Of a DNA stretch of 40,244 bases, positions 28,549 to 38,150 are shown one piece after another. The notes beneath the pieces are model-generated. The model was given only the letters and a program-made list of their open reading frames with translations. It had not been told where the DNA came from and did no database searches. The stretch's first letter is position 1. Each line of letters opens with the position of its first letter. Both the position numbers and the translations under genes were made by a program. This DNA comes from a virus (lineage: Duplodnaviria; Caudoviricetes), in IMG/VR virus record IMGVR_UViG_3300020195_000070, positions 1 to 40,244 of that record; one strand, given 5' to 3'.

Positions 28549-29529
28549 TTACGCTGTTGAAGAAACGGCGCTATGAACGTTGACGATGAACGCTGGGTTC
28601 AAAATCGAGACGCCAAAAGTCGTTTTCCAACCTGCGGTTGCTACTTTATCGGTTGGATCAGCTACTCCGCCAGAACCAAATGGTTTGACGTAGGTCTTTA
28701 AGTCTTGCAGTTCGGTAACCCCGAATGCATCCTTACCAACGATGTTAGTGACGTAGACCTGACCGGATGTCGTAACTCCGAGTCCTCGCACTTTTGCGTT
28801 TGAGGTTTCTAAGAATCGCACACCCATCAACTTCCCAACTTCACCCGTCATGAGTTTGTTGGCGTTGTTGTCAGTGTATTTGTTTGCATCAATCCAGCCA
28901 CCAGTGGTGGTGTCAGCCTGAAGATCATATAGAACATCAGGATGGATCACGCCAGCCCAGCCACCTCCGTCCAGTTCCTGGGTATCGTTTCGTTGTAACG
29001 TGCGGTTTGCGCGTCGAACATCAGCGATACTGAAGGTTGCGGTTGAAGGAATAGCGGTGTAGTTGGCGGTAGCGGTGATGCCCCCGGTTGCTTGGAAGGT
29101 CCCGGAGTTTGAGATCGCGTCACGGACGATGGAGTCGATCGACTGACCGGCGTTGTACGCCAATCGGCTGATAACTTCTTTCATGATGTCACTAAAGGAC
29201 GTGTACGCCATTAAGTCCGAGATTGATACAGCAGCGTCGTATTGAGCTGTTGATCCAGTTACGTTCGCAGCGGTCATCTGAACGGCGGTGGTAGGAACAC
29301 CTTCGCCTTGTCCGACAGTTACGAGTGGTAAGTTGGTCCAACGAGTCCAGTAGACGACGCCGGTGCCGTATCCGCCTTCGCCCTTCCCGATTTTACGATT
29401 CATTTGTCCCATCTGTTTGTGGACAAACTTTTGCTCGGCGATTCGCAAGAACAGTTGGTCGTAGTATCGGTTTTTGATTGCCAATGACGACGTTCCGCTT
29501 GTTAAAGTTTTTGCACTATCTATTGCCAT
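28549..29529 (-). CDS. Major capsid protein (N4-gp56 family)
   Basis: LT..EGVP, QYDA...ISD, IHPDVLYDL, GEVGKLMGVRFLET, DPTDK...GWK; strong SD. Confidence 0.9.
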   Translation of the reverse strand: MAIDSAKTLTSGTSSLAIKNRYYDQLFLRIAEQKFVHKQMGQMNRKIGKGEGGYGTGVVYWTRWTNLPLVTVGQGEGVPTTAVQMTAANVTGSTAQYDAAVSISDLMAYTSFSDIMKEVISRLAYNAGQSIDSIVRDAISNSGTFQATGGITATANYTAIPSTATFSIADVRRANRTLQRNDTQELDGGGWAGVIHPDVLYDLQADTTTGGWIDANKYTDNNANKLMTGEVGKLMGVRFLETSNAKVRGLGVTTSGQVYVTNIVGKDAFGVTELQDLKTYVKPFGSGGVADPTDKVATAGWKTTFGVSILNPAFIVNVHSAVSSTA

Positions 29530-29556
29530 ATGTAAGTCACCTCCAGTCGGAGCGTG

Positions 29557-30336
29557 TTACCACTGGCCTGTTCGTCTGAGGTACGCTTCCAGCTCCTCAT
29601 CTGACGCATTCGCGCTCGGGACGTCTTCGGTCGCCTGGCGGTTGAGTACGCGGCTCGTGATGCCCTGGTCGGCGGTCTGGGCTTTGACCTGCCGGGCTTC
29701 AGCTTGAATGGCAACCTGATCCTTGGTGAACCGTCGAGCACGCTCGATAGCCATCTTGGCGGCTTGAATGCGAGTAATTCCGGGGGTTTCATTCCCCTTC
29801 TTATCGCGCTTCATGCTCGCCATGTAAATCAGAGAGCCTTCTTCGTCCAGGTCCCGGTTATATTCCGGAGCGCTGGGGTCGAACTGAGGCAATGTCGTCT
29901 TCAGCACTTCCATCTCTAAGGCCGCGGTTTGATCCAGCGGCTGGAAGGATTCTTGAGGGAGCGGAATCTGGGGCATCGGAGCTGGCGCAGTTTCCTGCTG
30001 GCGTCGATACGCCTCAAGCTCTCGTTCTAATGCTTTCTGTTTTCCGTAAACCTCTTTGAACCTGCTTTCAGGGACATACCGTTTACCTGCGTCATCTTCT
30101 GCGAAGGTTGTTTCAGTCGATTCCTCCTCAGCCTTGGGAGCTGGTGATTCCTCTTCCGCCGGGTTCTCTCCCGTTGCAGCGTCGTCCACAGTCGTTTCTT
30201 CTTGAGGTGCTGGTTCCTCCGAGTAGGTGTCGTTCCCCTCGTTGACGGTCCCGTCTACATCAGTTACCTGATGTTGATCGAGAGCCTCTTGCAGCAGTTG
30301 AGCGTTTCGCTCCTCTGGTGATTGATTGTTATCCAC
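29557..30336 (-). CDS. Capsid scaffolding protein
   Basis: Acidic N-terminus, YVPESRFKEV motif, directly upstream of capsid gene; GTG after AAAGGGGGTGA. Confidence 0.8.
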   Translation of the reverse strand: MDNNQSPEERNAQLLQEALDQHQVTDVDGTVNEGNDTYSEEPAPQEETTVDDAATGENPAEEESPAPKAEEESTETTFAEDDAGKRYVPESRFKEVYGKQKALERELEAYRRQQETAPAPMPQIPLPQESFQPLDQTAALEMEVLKTTLPQFDPSAPEYNRDLDEEGSLIYMASMKRDKKGNETPGITRIQAAKMAIERARRFTKDQVAIQAEARQVKAQTADQGITSRVLNRQATEDVPSANASDEELEAYLRRTGQW

Positions 30337-30474
30337 AAATATCACCCCCTTTCGCAACGTTCAGACTGGAACGCAGAACAGCCAATGTTTAAAGTTAGCG
30401 AGGTTTAGGGTTACCAGGAACCAGATGCTTGTGGCATCCCAAGACGAATTAGGCCGCTCCACGGGCGCAGGGAT

Positions 30475-30735
30475 CTAATTCGTCGTGCGAGTCCGCAAGT
30501 CAATGACACAGCCATTCTGGACCCGGTAATAGCCGGCCAGCTTCGTTCCCCAGGGGCAGTGCTGGCAACTAATCGAACCATCGGCGTTCCAGACGTAGCC
30601 AGTGTGGGTGGTCCAGTTCTCTCGGGTGTGGGTCGAACAGAGATTGACCCGGACCGGGGTGTGATGCTGGACCTCGGCGTCTTCCCAGAACTCTTTGTCC
30701 TCGGTGGCGGGGAGGTAGGGGAGTTTATGTGCCAT
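30475..30735 (-). CDS. Hypothetical Cys/His protein (86 aa)
   Basis: SD GGGAGG; C..H...C..C residues. Confidence 0.6.
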   Translation of the reverse strand: MAHKLPYLPATEDKEFWEDAEVQHHTPVRVNLCSTHTRENWTTHTGYVWNADGSISCQHCPWGTKLAGYYRVQNGCVIDLRTRTTN

Positions 30736-31021
30736 GGTCTTCCTCCCGACTGGTTCGCAGCACCGTCATGCTCGATTCGATTTCCGACAGGAGCTGGCGC
30801 AACCCTTCGACCTTGCCGCGCTCCAGGTTAAAGGTCTCCATGTTCTCAAAACCCGCGACGATCGCGCCGTTGGCAAAGGTCTTGACCTTGTTCTCGATAA
30901 AGGCTTTGACCAGTTCCCAGCCCTTCGACTTGGTCATCTCTTCGAAGGCGGCTCCCCGGTTGATGGCCTCCTGTCGGAACGCCTCTTGCTGTTCTTTGAT
31001 TCGAGCTTCGTCGTTATCCAA
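30725..31021 (-). CDS. Small helical protein after portal
   Basis: KSKGWELV...RGKVEGL pattern common downstream of podovirus portals. Confidence 0.7.
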   Translation of the reverse strand: MDNDEARIKEQQEAFRQEAINRGAAFEEMTKSKGWELVKAFIENKVKTFANGAIVAGFENMETFNLERGKVEGLRQLLSEIESSMTVLRTSREEDHGT

Positions 31022-33047
31022 GTGGCCCTCCTTCCATTCCCGGCGGCGCTTGTCCGGGCTGTGGCACGCCGGCGCTGATCATCTCGCTGATACCCTGGTT
31101 GCCCTGTTGCGCGGCCCCGAGGACACTGGCGATGTCTTCATCCCCTAACGGTTGGGCCTGTTGACCGGGCATTCCTGGCTGGCCGTTGGCCTGTGGCGCG
31201 GGTTGCTGTGGCAGGTCAGTGATCATCTCCGCCGATTCAATTCCCAGCTCGAGTTTGTCGTAGGTTTTCTGGGCGATCGAGACGTAATTCGGCATCTTGC
31301 CTTGCATCGCCAGCCCTTGAACGAACTGGGGGTTGGTCACCCGGTCGGTGGCGGCGAAGAAGTTCTGTTGCAAGGCGATCGGGTCGTTCAGCATGTCCTG
31401 GGAGACCTGGGAAATAAAATCGAAGTCGCCGGCGGTGCCCGGTTGGATGTCTTCGGGTAAGAGGGTCATGAACCCGAACGACTCGTCGCCCCCCACCTCG
31501 AGCTTGGCCTGTTTGTCGAGCTCCCCCGGCATGATCGCCTCACCGTCGAGGTCGGTCTGGGTCAGCTTGGTGTTGTCGCGTAAGTAATTAATGATGTCCT
31601 TACCGAGGATGCGGGTCTTCTGCTGCTCGGTGGTGAACTGAATCCGGAGGTCCTTCCACTGGTTGGCGATTCGCTGGACGACCATGTGGTTAAAGAGCTG
31701 AATCTTCAGTTTGAACTGGGCGTTGGCTTCCTGCTGGATCAACCGGACCCCGGTGGCGGTGTCGTTGGTCGTGTTGGCTCCGGACTGAATGCCCTGGGTG
31801 TAGTCGGTGATGCCCGAGCCGTTCTGGAGGGCTGCGGTCAGGTAGTTCATCGTCTGGACGAAGGTTGGACCGGTGACGTCAGGGGTCTGGAGGGCTTCCA
31901 CCGCGGTCATGTCATCGGTGGTGACGATATTGCCAGGGGCTGAGACCAGGGTGTGCATATCGACGCCGGCATCCTTCTTGACCTTCCACATCGTCCGTAA
32001 GGTGAGCTGGACGTTGTCGAGCCGCTGGTTGAGCACCGCATTAATCGCCCGTTGAATCCGGTCTAACGGCTCAATCTCGCCCATGCCGTAGAGCTCGCCG
32101 GGGTACGGATAGTCCACGCCGTGGATGAGTGGCAGTTCGCCATGGAAATAGGGGTTTTCGACTTCACGGATGATCAGGTTCCCCATCTCCGGCACCATGG
32201 AGCACCAGCCTTCGCGGGTGTACCGGACCAGGATGGTGAACTCGGGGTTGGAGGTGTCTTCGCCGACCAGCTCCTGGGTCGACAGCATCAGCCGGCGATG
32301 TTCGCGGTACTGCATGTCGTCAGGTTTGCCAGTGTGGTTGCCTTCGCCCTTCTTGGCATCGTCCATCTTCTTCTTTAACTCGGGGAGGTTCTTCCAGTAC
32401 TCCGCGCCCCGAGCGTCATTTTCACTAACCAGCTCGTCGTAGGTCTTGAACATCCGGTAAATAAACCAGCGCATCGAGGAGAGTGAGGTGGCATTCGGGT
32501 CGGGGAAACAGTCGTAGATATTCAAGACCTCGAAGTTCGGGCCGTCGAACTCGGTGACCTTGATCTGCTCCTTATTCTTCGGGCTCCAGACCAGCCGGCC
32601 ATTGAGTTTCTTGGGCACCATCCGGGTTTTCTCGGTCTCGCGGAAGTCCCAGTGGGTGCGGCCAAAGGCGGTGCCGAAGATCAACATGCTCTTGACGAAC
32701 ATGACCATCTTGGGGAACATCTCGGCCCGTCGCCAGTCATATTTCATCAAGGCGTTCAGGATATGGGCGGTGGCAACGTCACCACTCTCGGTCGGATAGA
32801 AGGAACCCATCGGTTCGTTAGCCACCATTCGTGGGGTGATGGTTTCGATGACGCGGAAGATCCGGGGGTCAAAGACCCTGGCGTTGTGGGGATACTGAGC
32901 GGGATTAATATAGGTGCGGTAGAGCTCTTCCTGGGCGTTGAAGCGTTCGTGGAGCGGGTCGAGGTAGCGTTTGGAGAGCAGGTATTGTTCGGAAATCTCT
33001 TTGCCGAGTTCTTCTTCTGTTTTAGCGGTAGAGCGATAGGTGGCCAT
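31014..33047 (-). CDS. Portal protein (P22-like)
   Basis: 677 aa; LIFGTAF, FPDPNA, ENPYFHGELP, LYGMG...QRAIN, TATGV motifs. Confidence 0.85.
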   Translation of the reverse strand: MATYRSTAKTEEELGKEISEQYLLSKRYLDPLHERFNAQEELYRTYINPAQYPHNARVFDPRIFRVIETITPRMVANEPMGSFYPTESGDVATAHILNALMKYDWRRAEMFPKMVMFVKSMLIFGTAFGRTHWDFRETEKTRMVPKKLNGRLVWSPKNKEQIKVTEFDGPNFEVLNIYDCFPDPNATSLSSMRWFIYRMFKTYDELVSENDARGAEYWKNLPELKKKMDDAKKGEGNHTGKPDDMQYREHRRLMLSTQELVGEDTSNPEFTILVRYTREGWCSMVPEMGNLIIREVENPYFHGELPLIHGVDYPYPGELYGMGEIEPLDRIQRAINAVLNQRLDNVQLTLRTMWKVKKDAGVDMHTLVSAPGNIVTTDDMTAVEALQTPDVTGPTFVQTMNYLTAALQNGSGITDYTQGIQSGANTTNDTATGVRLIQQEANAQFKLKIQLFNHMVVQRIANQWKDLRIQFTTEQQKTRILGKDIINYLRDNTKLTQTDLDGEAIMPGELDKQAKLEVGGDESFGFMTLLPEDIQPGTAGDFDFISQVSQDMLNDPIALQQNFFAATDRVTNPQFVQGLAMQGKMPNYVSIAQKTYDKLELGIESAEMITDLPQQPAPQANGQPGMPGQQAQPLGDEDIASVLGAAQQGNQGISEMISAGVPQPGQAPPGMEGGPLG

Positions 33048-33309
33048 TGGGACTGAGCTGGTAATACATCAGGCCTGACATCGAGTCAAGCAGGGCCCAG
33101 ACTTTGTCTTGCTTCTCTTCGGTTCGGGCGGCTTGATACGAGCCCCAGTGACCGACGAAGTTGGCGTACCAGCTCATGAACACCACCCAGGCGATACTCT
33201 CACGCCAGAGCAGGATGGTGGGAACGAGCAGGGTACCCCAGAGCCCCATCATTAAGAGGTGGAAGTGGGCGGTATGGATAAAATTACGAACCTTCTTGAA
33301 GTTCAGCAT
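33022..33309 (-). CDS. Membrane protein (95 aa)
   Basis: Two hydrophobic segments (WRESIAWVVFMSWYAN). Confidence 0.65.
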   Translation of the reverse strand: MLNFKKVRNFIHTAHFHLLMMGLWGTLLVPTILLWRESIAWVVFMSWYANFVGHWGSYQAARTEEKQDKVWALLDSMSGLMYYQLSPNGHLSLYR

Positions 33310-33345
33310 TCATCCTGGCCGACAGCCATCGGCTCAGGGGAAGAC

Positions 33346-33648
33346 TTAACCCTTAAAGTTCGAGGTTTTCGTCACTCCTGCTGCGCCGGCGACTCGAGGT
33401 TTTCTGTCCTCATCTTCGTCACGAGCCCTTCGGTCGTCACGTGAATCGCTTTTGTCAGCCTGACTTTCCGGTAGACCGTCGTGATTGGCGTCATTGACGA
33501 CGCCCGACTCACTTCCGTCCGGTTGATTGCGTTCCTCGCGGATCTGGGCGGTTAAGCGGTCGAGCTCATCCTGTCCATTCCCGTCGATTTGGCGGTTCGC
33601 GGCTTTCCATTGGAGATCTTCCAATTTCTTTTCATCTGCTACTGTCAT
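33346..33648 (-). CDS. Hydrophilic hypothetical protein
   Basis: Strong SD GGGAGGTGA before ATG at 33648. Confidence 0.65.
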   Translation of the reverse strand: MTVADEKKLEDLQWKAANRQIDGNGQDELDRLTAQIREERNQPDGSESGVVNDANHDGLPESQADKSDSRDDRRARDEDEDRKPRVAGAAGVTKTSNFKG

Positions 33649-33720
33649 TGCTATCACCTCCCTCTGTATTAACGGTACAACCATCACGACATCATGTCCC
33701 GTACGAATTTCGTAAGAAGC

Positions 33721-34899
33721 CTAGACACCAATAACTTTGTCGGATGGTTCGTAGGTGGGTGGGAGCTGGAAGCCCTGGCGTGGTTTTAGGCTCTCCATGC
33801 CGTAGCGCCCGGCGTCCATGCTGTGGTTGAGGTAGTCCTGGGGCACGTTGATGATCTTGCCCTCCTTGTCGGTCATCCAGAGGTAGTTGCGGTACTCCTT
33901 AAGGAGGTTGACCGAGCGTTTAGTGACACTAATCCGCTGATCCTGGACATACTGGACCCCCTGCAAGACGCTGCCTGGTCCCTTCTGGGACGGGATGATG
34001 TTAATGCCGTGGGTCTTGATCTCGTCAATCGACTTCGGCTCCGCGCTGTCGGCGACCACCAGGGCCCGTTCGAGGTTGCTCAGCAGGTCGGCAATGTTCT
34101 TGTTACTCAGCCCCTTCTGGTAGCCCGCCTCATCCCAGATATAGCCGCCGTTATATTCGTAGATCGCCACAATCGCGGTCGGGTCGTTGGTGTAGCCAAA
34201 GTCGAGACCGTAGCGGCGCAACCGGGCTTCGTGGGGAACCTCGTCGATGACCGCCCAGCCGGTGTAGACCCGACCCTCGGCTTCACCCAGCTGCCCTTCC
34301 CCGTAGACCCGCCACCAGTTCTTGTTCTCGCGCCGGGCCTCGATCGACTTGACAATGCTCTCGGGCAACCCCTCATTGTCCTGGTAGGTCAGGGTGATGA
34401 AATCCACGTCGCTGCGTTTGGGGAAGACGTCGGTGTAGAACCAGAACTCGTTGGTCGGGTTCCAGTCCAGCCAGACGACATCCTCGGTTCGGACCTCGAG
34501 CTGGTCGAAGGTCTCCAGCGGGATGTTGTTGGCCTCATTAATGAACAGGCGCTTGCGTCGTGGACCCCGGACCTTGTGGGGCATATCGAGGGAGAAGAAC
34601 TCGAGCGGGGTGCCGGATTCAAAGGTGTAGATAAAGTCGGTGGCGTTCCAGCGGGCGTCATTCCAGTAGCCGTGCTCGATCATGATGTTCTTGAAATCGC
34701 GGATAGCGCCCCGTTTGAGGTGGGGCATTGATTCTGAGGTGACGCTGGTGACCTGGGGACTGGTGTCGCGCTGACACTGGTCGATCAGGATCTGGAGGAT
34801 GGAGATGGTCTTGCTGGCCGAGGTGCCGCCGGAGACGCCTCTAATCCGCTTGGTGAGCTGTTTCAGCTTCCGTAGAGCTGTGGTTATCTGATACGGCAT
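33721..34899 (-). CDS. terL: Terminase large subunit (PBSX/SPP1-type)
   Basis: Walker A GGTSASKT, Walker B LFINE, DWNP, GLDFGY, ADSAEPKSI, NHSMDA. Confidence 0.95.
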   Translation of the reverse strand: MPYQITTALRKLKQLTKRIRGVSGGTSASKTISILQILIDQCQRDTSPQVTSVTSESMPHLKRGAIRDFKNIMIEHGYWNDARWNATDFIYTFESGTPLEFFSLDMPHKVRGPRRKRLFINEANNIPLETFDQLEVRTEDVVWLDWNPTNEFWFYTDVFPKRSDVDFITLTYQDNEGLPESIVKSIEARRENKNWWRVYGEGQLGEAEGRVYTGWAVIDEVPHEARLRRYGLDFGYTNDPTAIVAIYEYNGGYIWDEAGYQKGLSNKNIADLLSNLERALVVADSAEPKSIDEIKTHGINIIPSQKGPGSVLQGVQYVQDQRISVTKRSVNLLKEYRNYLWMTDKEGKIINVPQDYLNHSMDAGRYGMESLKPRQGFQLPPTYEPSDKVIGV

Positions 34900-35247
34900 T
34901 TTCCTTTGTAGTTATTGGTTAACGAATGACACGCCTTGCACAAAGTCACACCGTTGTCTAACAAATACCTCAGCCTCGGGAATAACGCCCAGGCTTGGAT
35001 ATGATGAGCTTCTAGGTAAACCCCGCGCTGTCCACAGGTCTGACATGTCCAGTTATCTCTTTGCGTAATGTTCGTTGCCTCTCTTAAGACAAAGTCGATG
35101 CTTAGCTCTTTGTTCAGGTGTACGCTTTTTCCCCAGGTTGTTCGTGTTACCCAAACGGACAATACTTAACTTACGCCGGGTTTCGTCTGAGACAGGTTGG
35201 ACACCTTTTTTGCCTTTATTCCATGGTATTTTCCCAAACCTTGACAT
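34884..35247 (-). pseudogene. Split NUMOD3-HNH endonuclease
   Basis: NUMOD half (PWNKG...ETRRKLS) and HNH half (QRDNWTCQTC...HHI...NGVTLCKACH) are in different frames, and the usual linker is missing. Confidence 0.7.
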
Positions 35248-35252
35248 CGGGA

Positions 35253-35651
35253 TTAGTCGCTGGGCTCTTCCTTATCTGATACATCGAGACCGGTGAGGAG
35301 TGGCAGTGGTTTGCCCGCGGTAGTGATATCAGTGTGGGAGGTCTCGACCATCGCGTGGTTAACCTTGAGTAAGAAGATCGCCATGGTGGAGTTGACTTCC
35401 TTGCCGCCGTAGAGGCCGTCTTCCATCAATTGGTTCTTCTGTAACGCCTTTAATCTTTTAATAGCGGCGTGAAACTCGGGATAGCGCTTGGTCCATTCAT
35501 TGATCTGGTCGTCATCTACTCCAAGCCACAGGGAATATCCTTCGACGGTTGGAAGAGAGGTTTGTTCGCGGCCGGTGGTCCGTAGATACTCATCGAGTTC
35601 CTGAACCATCCCTGGATAATATTTAGTTGGTCGTCCGCCTGGATGTGCCAT
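35253..35651 (-). CDS. terS: Terminase small subunit
   Basis: GGRPTKY...LPTVEG..LWLGV...YPEF...AIFLLK; position upstream of terL. Confidence 0.85.
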   Translation of the reverse strand: MAHPGGRPTKYYPGMVQELDEYLRTTGREQTSLPTVEGYSLWLGVDDDQINEWTKRYPEFHAAIKRLKALQKNQLMEDGLYGGKEVNSTMAIFLLKVNHAMVETSHTDITTAGKPLPLLTGLDVSDKEEPSD

Positions 35652-35656
35652 TTGAC

Positions 35657-35761
35657 CTATTCTACCACGTCATTCTCGTCATAGAAACGGACGTACTTAT
35701 ACTGGTACCAGATAGCAAAGGGCAATAGCGGTAGGAGCAATAACAGTTTCAGGAGGGCTAT
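35657..35761 (-). CDS. Possible 34-aa membrane peptide with ATA start
   Basis: (I/M)ALLKLLLLLPLLPFAIWYQYKYVRFYDENDVVE; GGAGG 8 nt upstream; ATAG overlap with previous stop. Confidence 0.35.
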   Translation of the reverse strand: MALLKLLLLLPLLPFAIWYQYKYVRFYDENDVVE

Positions 35762-36054
35762 CCGCGTATCCTCCGTCCCTCGCGCATGGCGACAGCCAAG
35801 CGTTGGAAGCCTTCATCAATGGCGTCAATTCTGGTGGGGCACTCGGCTATTGGTTGGTTGGTTGTTAAATATTGTCCGGTGGGAAAGCGCATATAGATCC
35901 GTCCGACATTAGGTAAGCCAACACACATCGCTCTCAGGGTTGGGAGGCAGACCCGGCAGGTTTCGGCCGGTGGGATGGGCTCCTCGCGGTTGGGCTGGAC
36001 CGGGGGAGGTGGTGGCTGAGCTTCCCGTTCCTTGCGCTTATCAGCTCGTTCCAT
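35758..36054 (-). CDS. Hypothetical Cys-containing protein
   Basis: SD AGGAGG before ATG at 36054. Confidence 0.6.
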   Translation of the reverse strand: MERADKRKEREAQPPPPPVQPNREEPIPPAETCRVCLPTLRAMCVGLPNVGRIYMRFPTGQYLTTNQPIAECPTRIDAIDEGFQRLAVAMREGRRIRG

Positions 36055-36475
36055 TGGCCTCCTGACGGAGCTGATTGAGCTTGAAGTTGCGGTAGCTGGT
36101 GCCGGTGCGCAGCGGTTCGAGCTTGGCAACAACATCGTCGAGAGACCAGGCCAAGAAGGCCAGGCCGCCGTACTCGGTGATCTGATCGAGCTTCATCGTT
36201 TGGATCTCGGTTGGTTTATTCCCCGGGCGTTTGACTTCGATGCCGAGGAACTGGCCGGCGTGGCTGCCGTAGGTGGTGCCAAGCATCCCGATGACGTCGG
36301 GCCAGCCAGCGGTGCCGAGCTTCACCATCCGGTCGTGGACCGCCCCTGCTTTGGTGATGTACGAGGCGCGCAGCATGCCGGCGTTGTTGCGTTGGGCCAG
36401 GACATCGGAATAGGCGAGGTACTGAAGAATCTGGGCTTGGATGGCTTTTTCTGGGACGGAGCGTTCTTTAGACAT
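36041..36475 (-). CDS. VRR-NUC domain nuclease
   Basis: EKAIQ..I..YL...GWPDVIG...IEVKRPGNKPT..Q. Confidence 0.9.
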   Translation of the reverse strand: MSKERSVPEKAIQAQILQYLAYSDVLAQRNNAGMLRASYITKAGAVHDRMVKLGTAGWPDVIGMLGTTYGSHAGQFLGIEVKRPGNKPTEIQTMKLDQITEYGGLAFLAWSLDDVVAKLEPLRTGTSYRNFKLNQLRQEANGTS

Positions 36476-36514
36476 TCAATTGGGCTATTGGCACATTATA
36501 CTCTCTTGGGTCAA

Positions 36515-38083
36515 TTGATCAGCCTCAAGAGCCAGCGCGAGGCTATCCAGAAATACTGCAAGGAGCAAGGCTGGGTGGTGGTGCAGGACATCATCTCCGA
36601 CACGGCTTCCGGGGCCATCCTCAACCGCCCCGGGCTGCACAAGCTGCGCAAACTGATGCGCGATAAGGCGCTCGATACGGTCATCGCCTACGCGGTGGAT
36701 CGGCTCAGCCGCAACCAGAACCACGTCGGCATCCTGCTCGATGAAGCCGAAACCCACGGCGTCACCCTCGACTTTGTCACCGAAAAGTTTGAGTCGAATC
36801 CGATGGGTCGGATGGTGCTGGCGTTGCGCTCGTTCATGGCCGAGCTCGAGCGCGAGAAGATCTCCGAACGTACCGGCCGCGGCAAAATCGAACGTGCCAA
36901 GGCCGGCAAAATCCCCCACGGCACCAACATTGGCTGCTATGGCTACATCTACTCAAAAGACACCGGCGTCCGGACGATTAACGAGGAGCAAGCCGTCGTG
37001 GTGCGCTGGATGTTCGAGCAGTCGGCCAGTGGCAAGAGCACCCATTACATCGCCAACCAACTAGCCGAACGGGGCGTCACCAGCTTGAGTGGCAAGCTGT
37101 GGAACCCTAGGACCGTTTTGAATATTTTGCGCAACGATGTCTACACCGGGCGGACCTACACCGGCCGCCGGGAGTGGATCAAGGTCGATGGCAAGCGGTC
37201 CCGGACCATGAAGACCGACCCGGCAACCTGGGTTGAGATCATCGGGGCCTCGCCGCGCATCGTGTCTGACGAACTGTTCGCCGCAGCGGCTCAGCGGCTC
37301 GACAACCCGCACTTCCGGCCGGTCAGTCGCAAGGGACGGGATTTTCTGGTGACCGGGTTTTTGAGCTGTGCCTTTTGCTCGTCGCCGATGAGCGGTCATA
37401 CCGTCAAGGGCAAATACGGCCCTCACCACTACTATCGCTGCGCTGGGACCCTCGGGGCGCACTACCGCCCGAAGATCTGTAAGGCCAAGGAGCTGCCGGC
37501 CATTCCCATCGAAGAGCACGTCTGGGGTGACATTAAAACGATTCTGGACAACCCCGACCTTATTCTGTTGCAGCTGGCCAGCCAGGACGGTGTCAATGAG
37601 AGCCTGACCGCTGAGATCAAGCTCAAAGAAAAGCGGCTTGATCGCCTCGACGCCGAACAGGTTCTAATCATTCGGGCCTACCGGGACCCAAATCTGGACA
37701 AAGCCAAAATCGAGCAGGAGACGGCGTTACTCAAAAAGCAGAAGGAGATGCTGAGCAAAGACGTGACCGAGCTGCGGCTCCGGCAACGAGGTTTGAAACG
37801 CTCGGCCGAAAACCAGGCAGCGGCGGTGGAGCACGTCCGGGCGATGCGCCAGGCGTTAGGTTCGTTTGACTACGAGATGAAGCGGTTGGCGCTCGCCGCG
37901 CTCGATGTAAAGGTAGTGATCACGCCTGGAGAAGTGCCCTCAATCCAGGTTCAGACCAGCCTACGGACCGAAAAGTTCACTACCATTGGACAAACATCGG
38001 CATGTTCGTCCCACGGGAGTGAAACCGTCACCCTGATTACCGGTCAGGCGTCGTGGATTACCCGCAAATGGCTGCCCGCCTAG
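36515..38083 (+). CDS. Large serine recombinase, N-terminally truncated (catalytic YxRxS motif absent)
   Basis: SLKSQ, SGA..NRPGL, VDRLSR, E.ER..I.ER, YGY, ILRN..YTG, Zn ribbon C..C...YYRC...C, coiled coil. Confidence 0.85.
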   Translation: MISLKSQREAIQKYCKEQGWVVVQDIISDTASGAILNRPGLHKLRKLMRDKALDTVIAYAVDRLSRNQNHVGILLDEAETHGVTLDFVTEKFESNPMGRMVLALRSFMAELEREKISERTGRGKIERAKAGKIPHGTNIGCYGYIYSKDTGVRTINEEQAVVVRWMFEQSASGKSTHYIANQLAERGVTSLSGKLWNPRTVLNILRNDVYTGRTYTGRREWIKVDGKRSRTMKTDPATWVEIIGASPRIVSDELFAAAAQRLDNPHFRPVSRKGRDFLVTGFLSCAFCSSPMSGHTVKGKYGPHHYYRCAGTLGAHYRPKICKAKELPAIPIEEHVWGDIKTILDNPDLILLQLASQDGVNESLTAEIKLKEKRLDRLDAEQVLIIRAYRDPNLDKAKIEQETALLKKQKEMLSKDVTELRLRQRGLKRSAENQAAAVEHVRAMRQALGSFDYEMKRLALAALDVKVVITPGEVPSIQVQTSLRTEKFTTIGQTSACSSHGSETVTLITGQASWITRKWLPA

Positions 38084-38150
38084 ACCTCACTTAAATGAAG
38101 GCGTTTTACACGTTATGTTAAACTGTCTCACAACCAAGCGGTATGTTGAA

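Noticed and set aside
36032-36514. First ~160 aa of the 683-aa recombinase ORF
   Set aside because: Mostly antisense to the clear VRR-NUC gene and has no resolvase motif; AHYTLLG only faintly recalls AIYxRVS and lacks R and S
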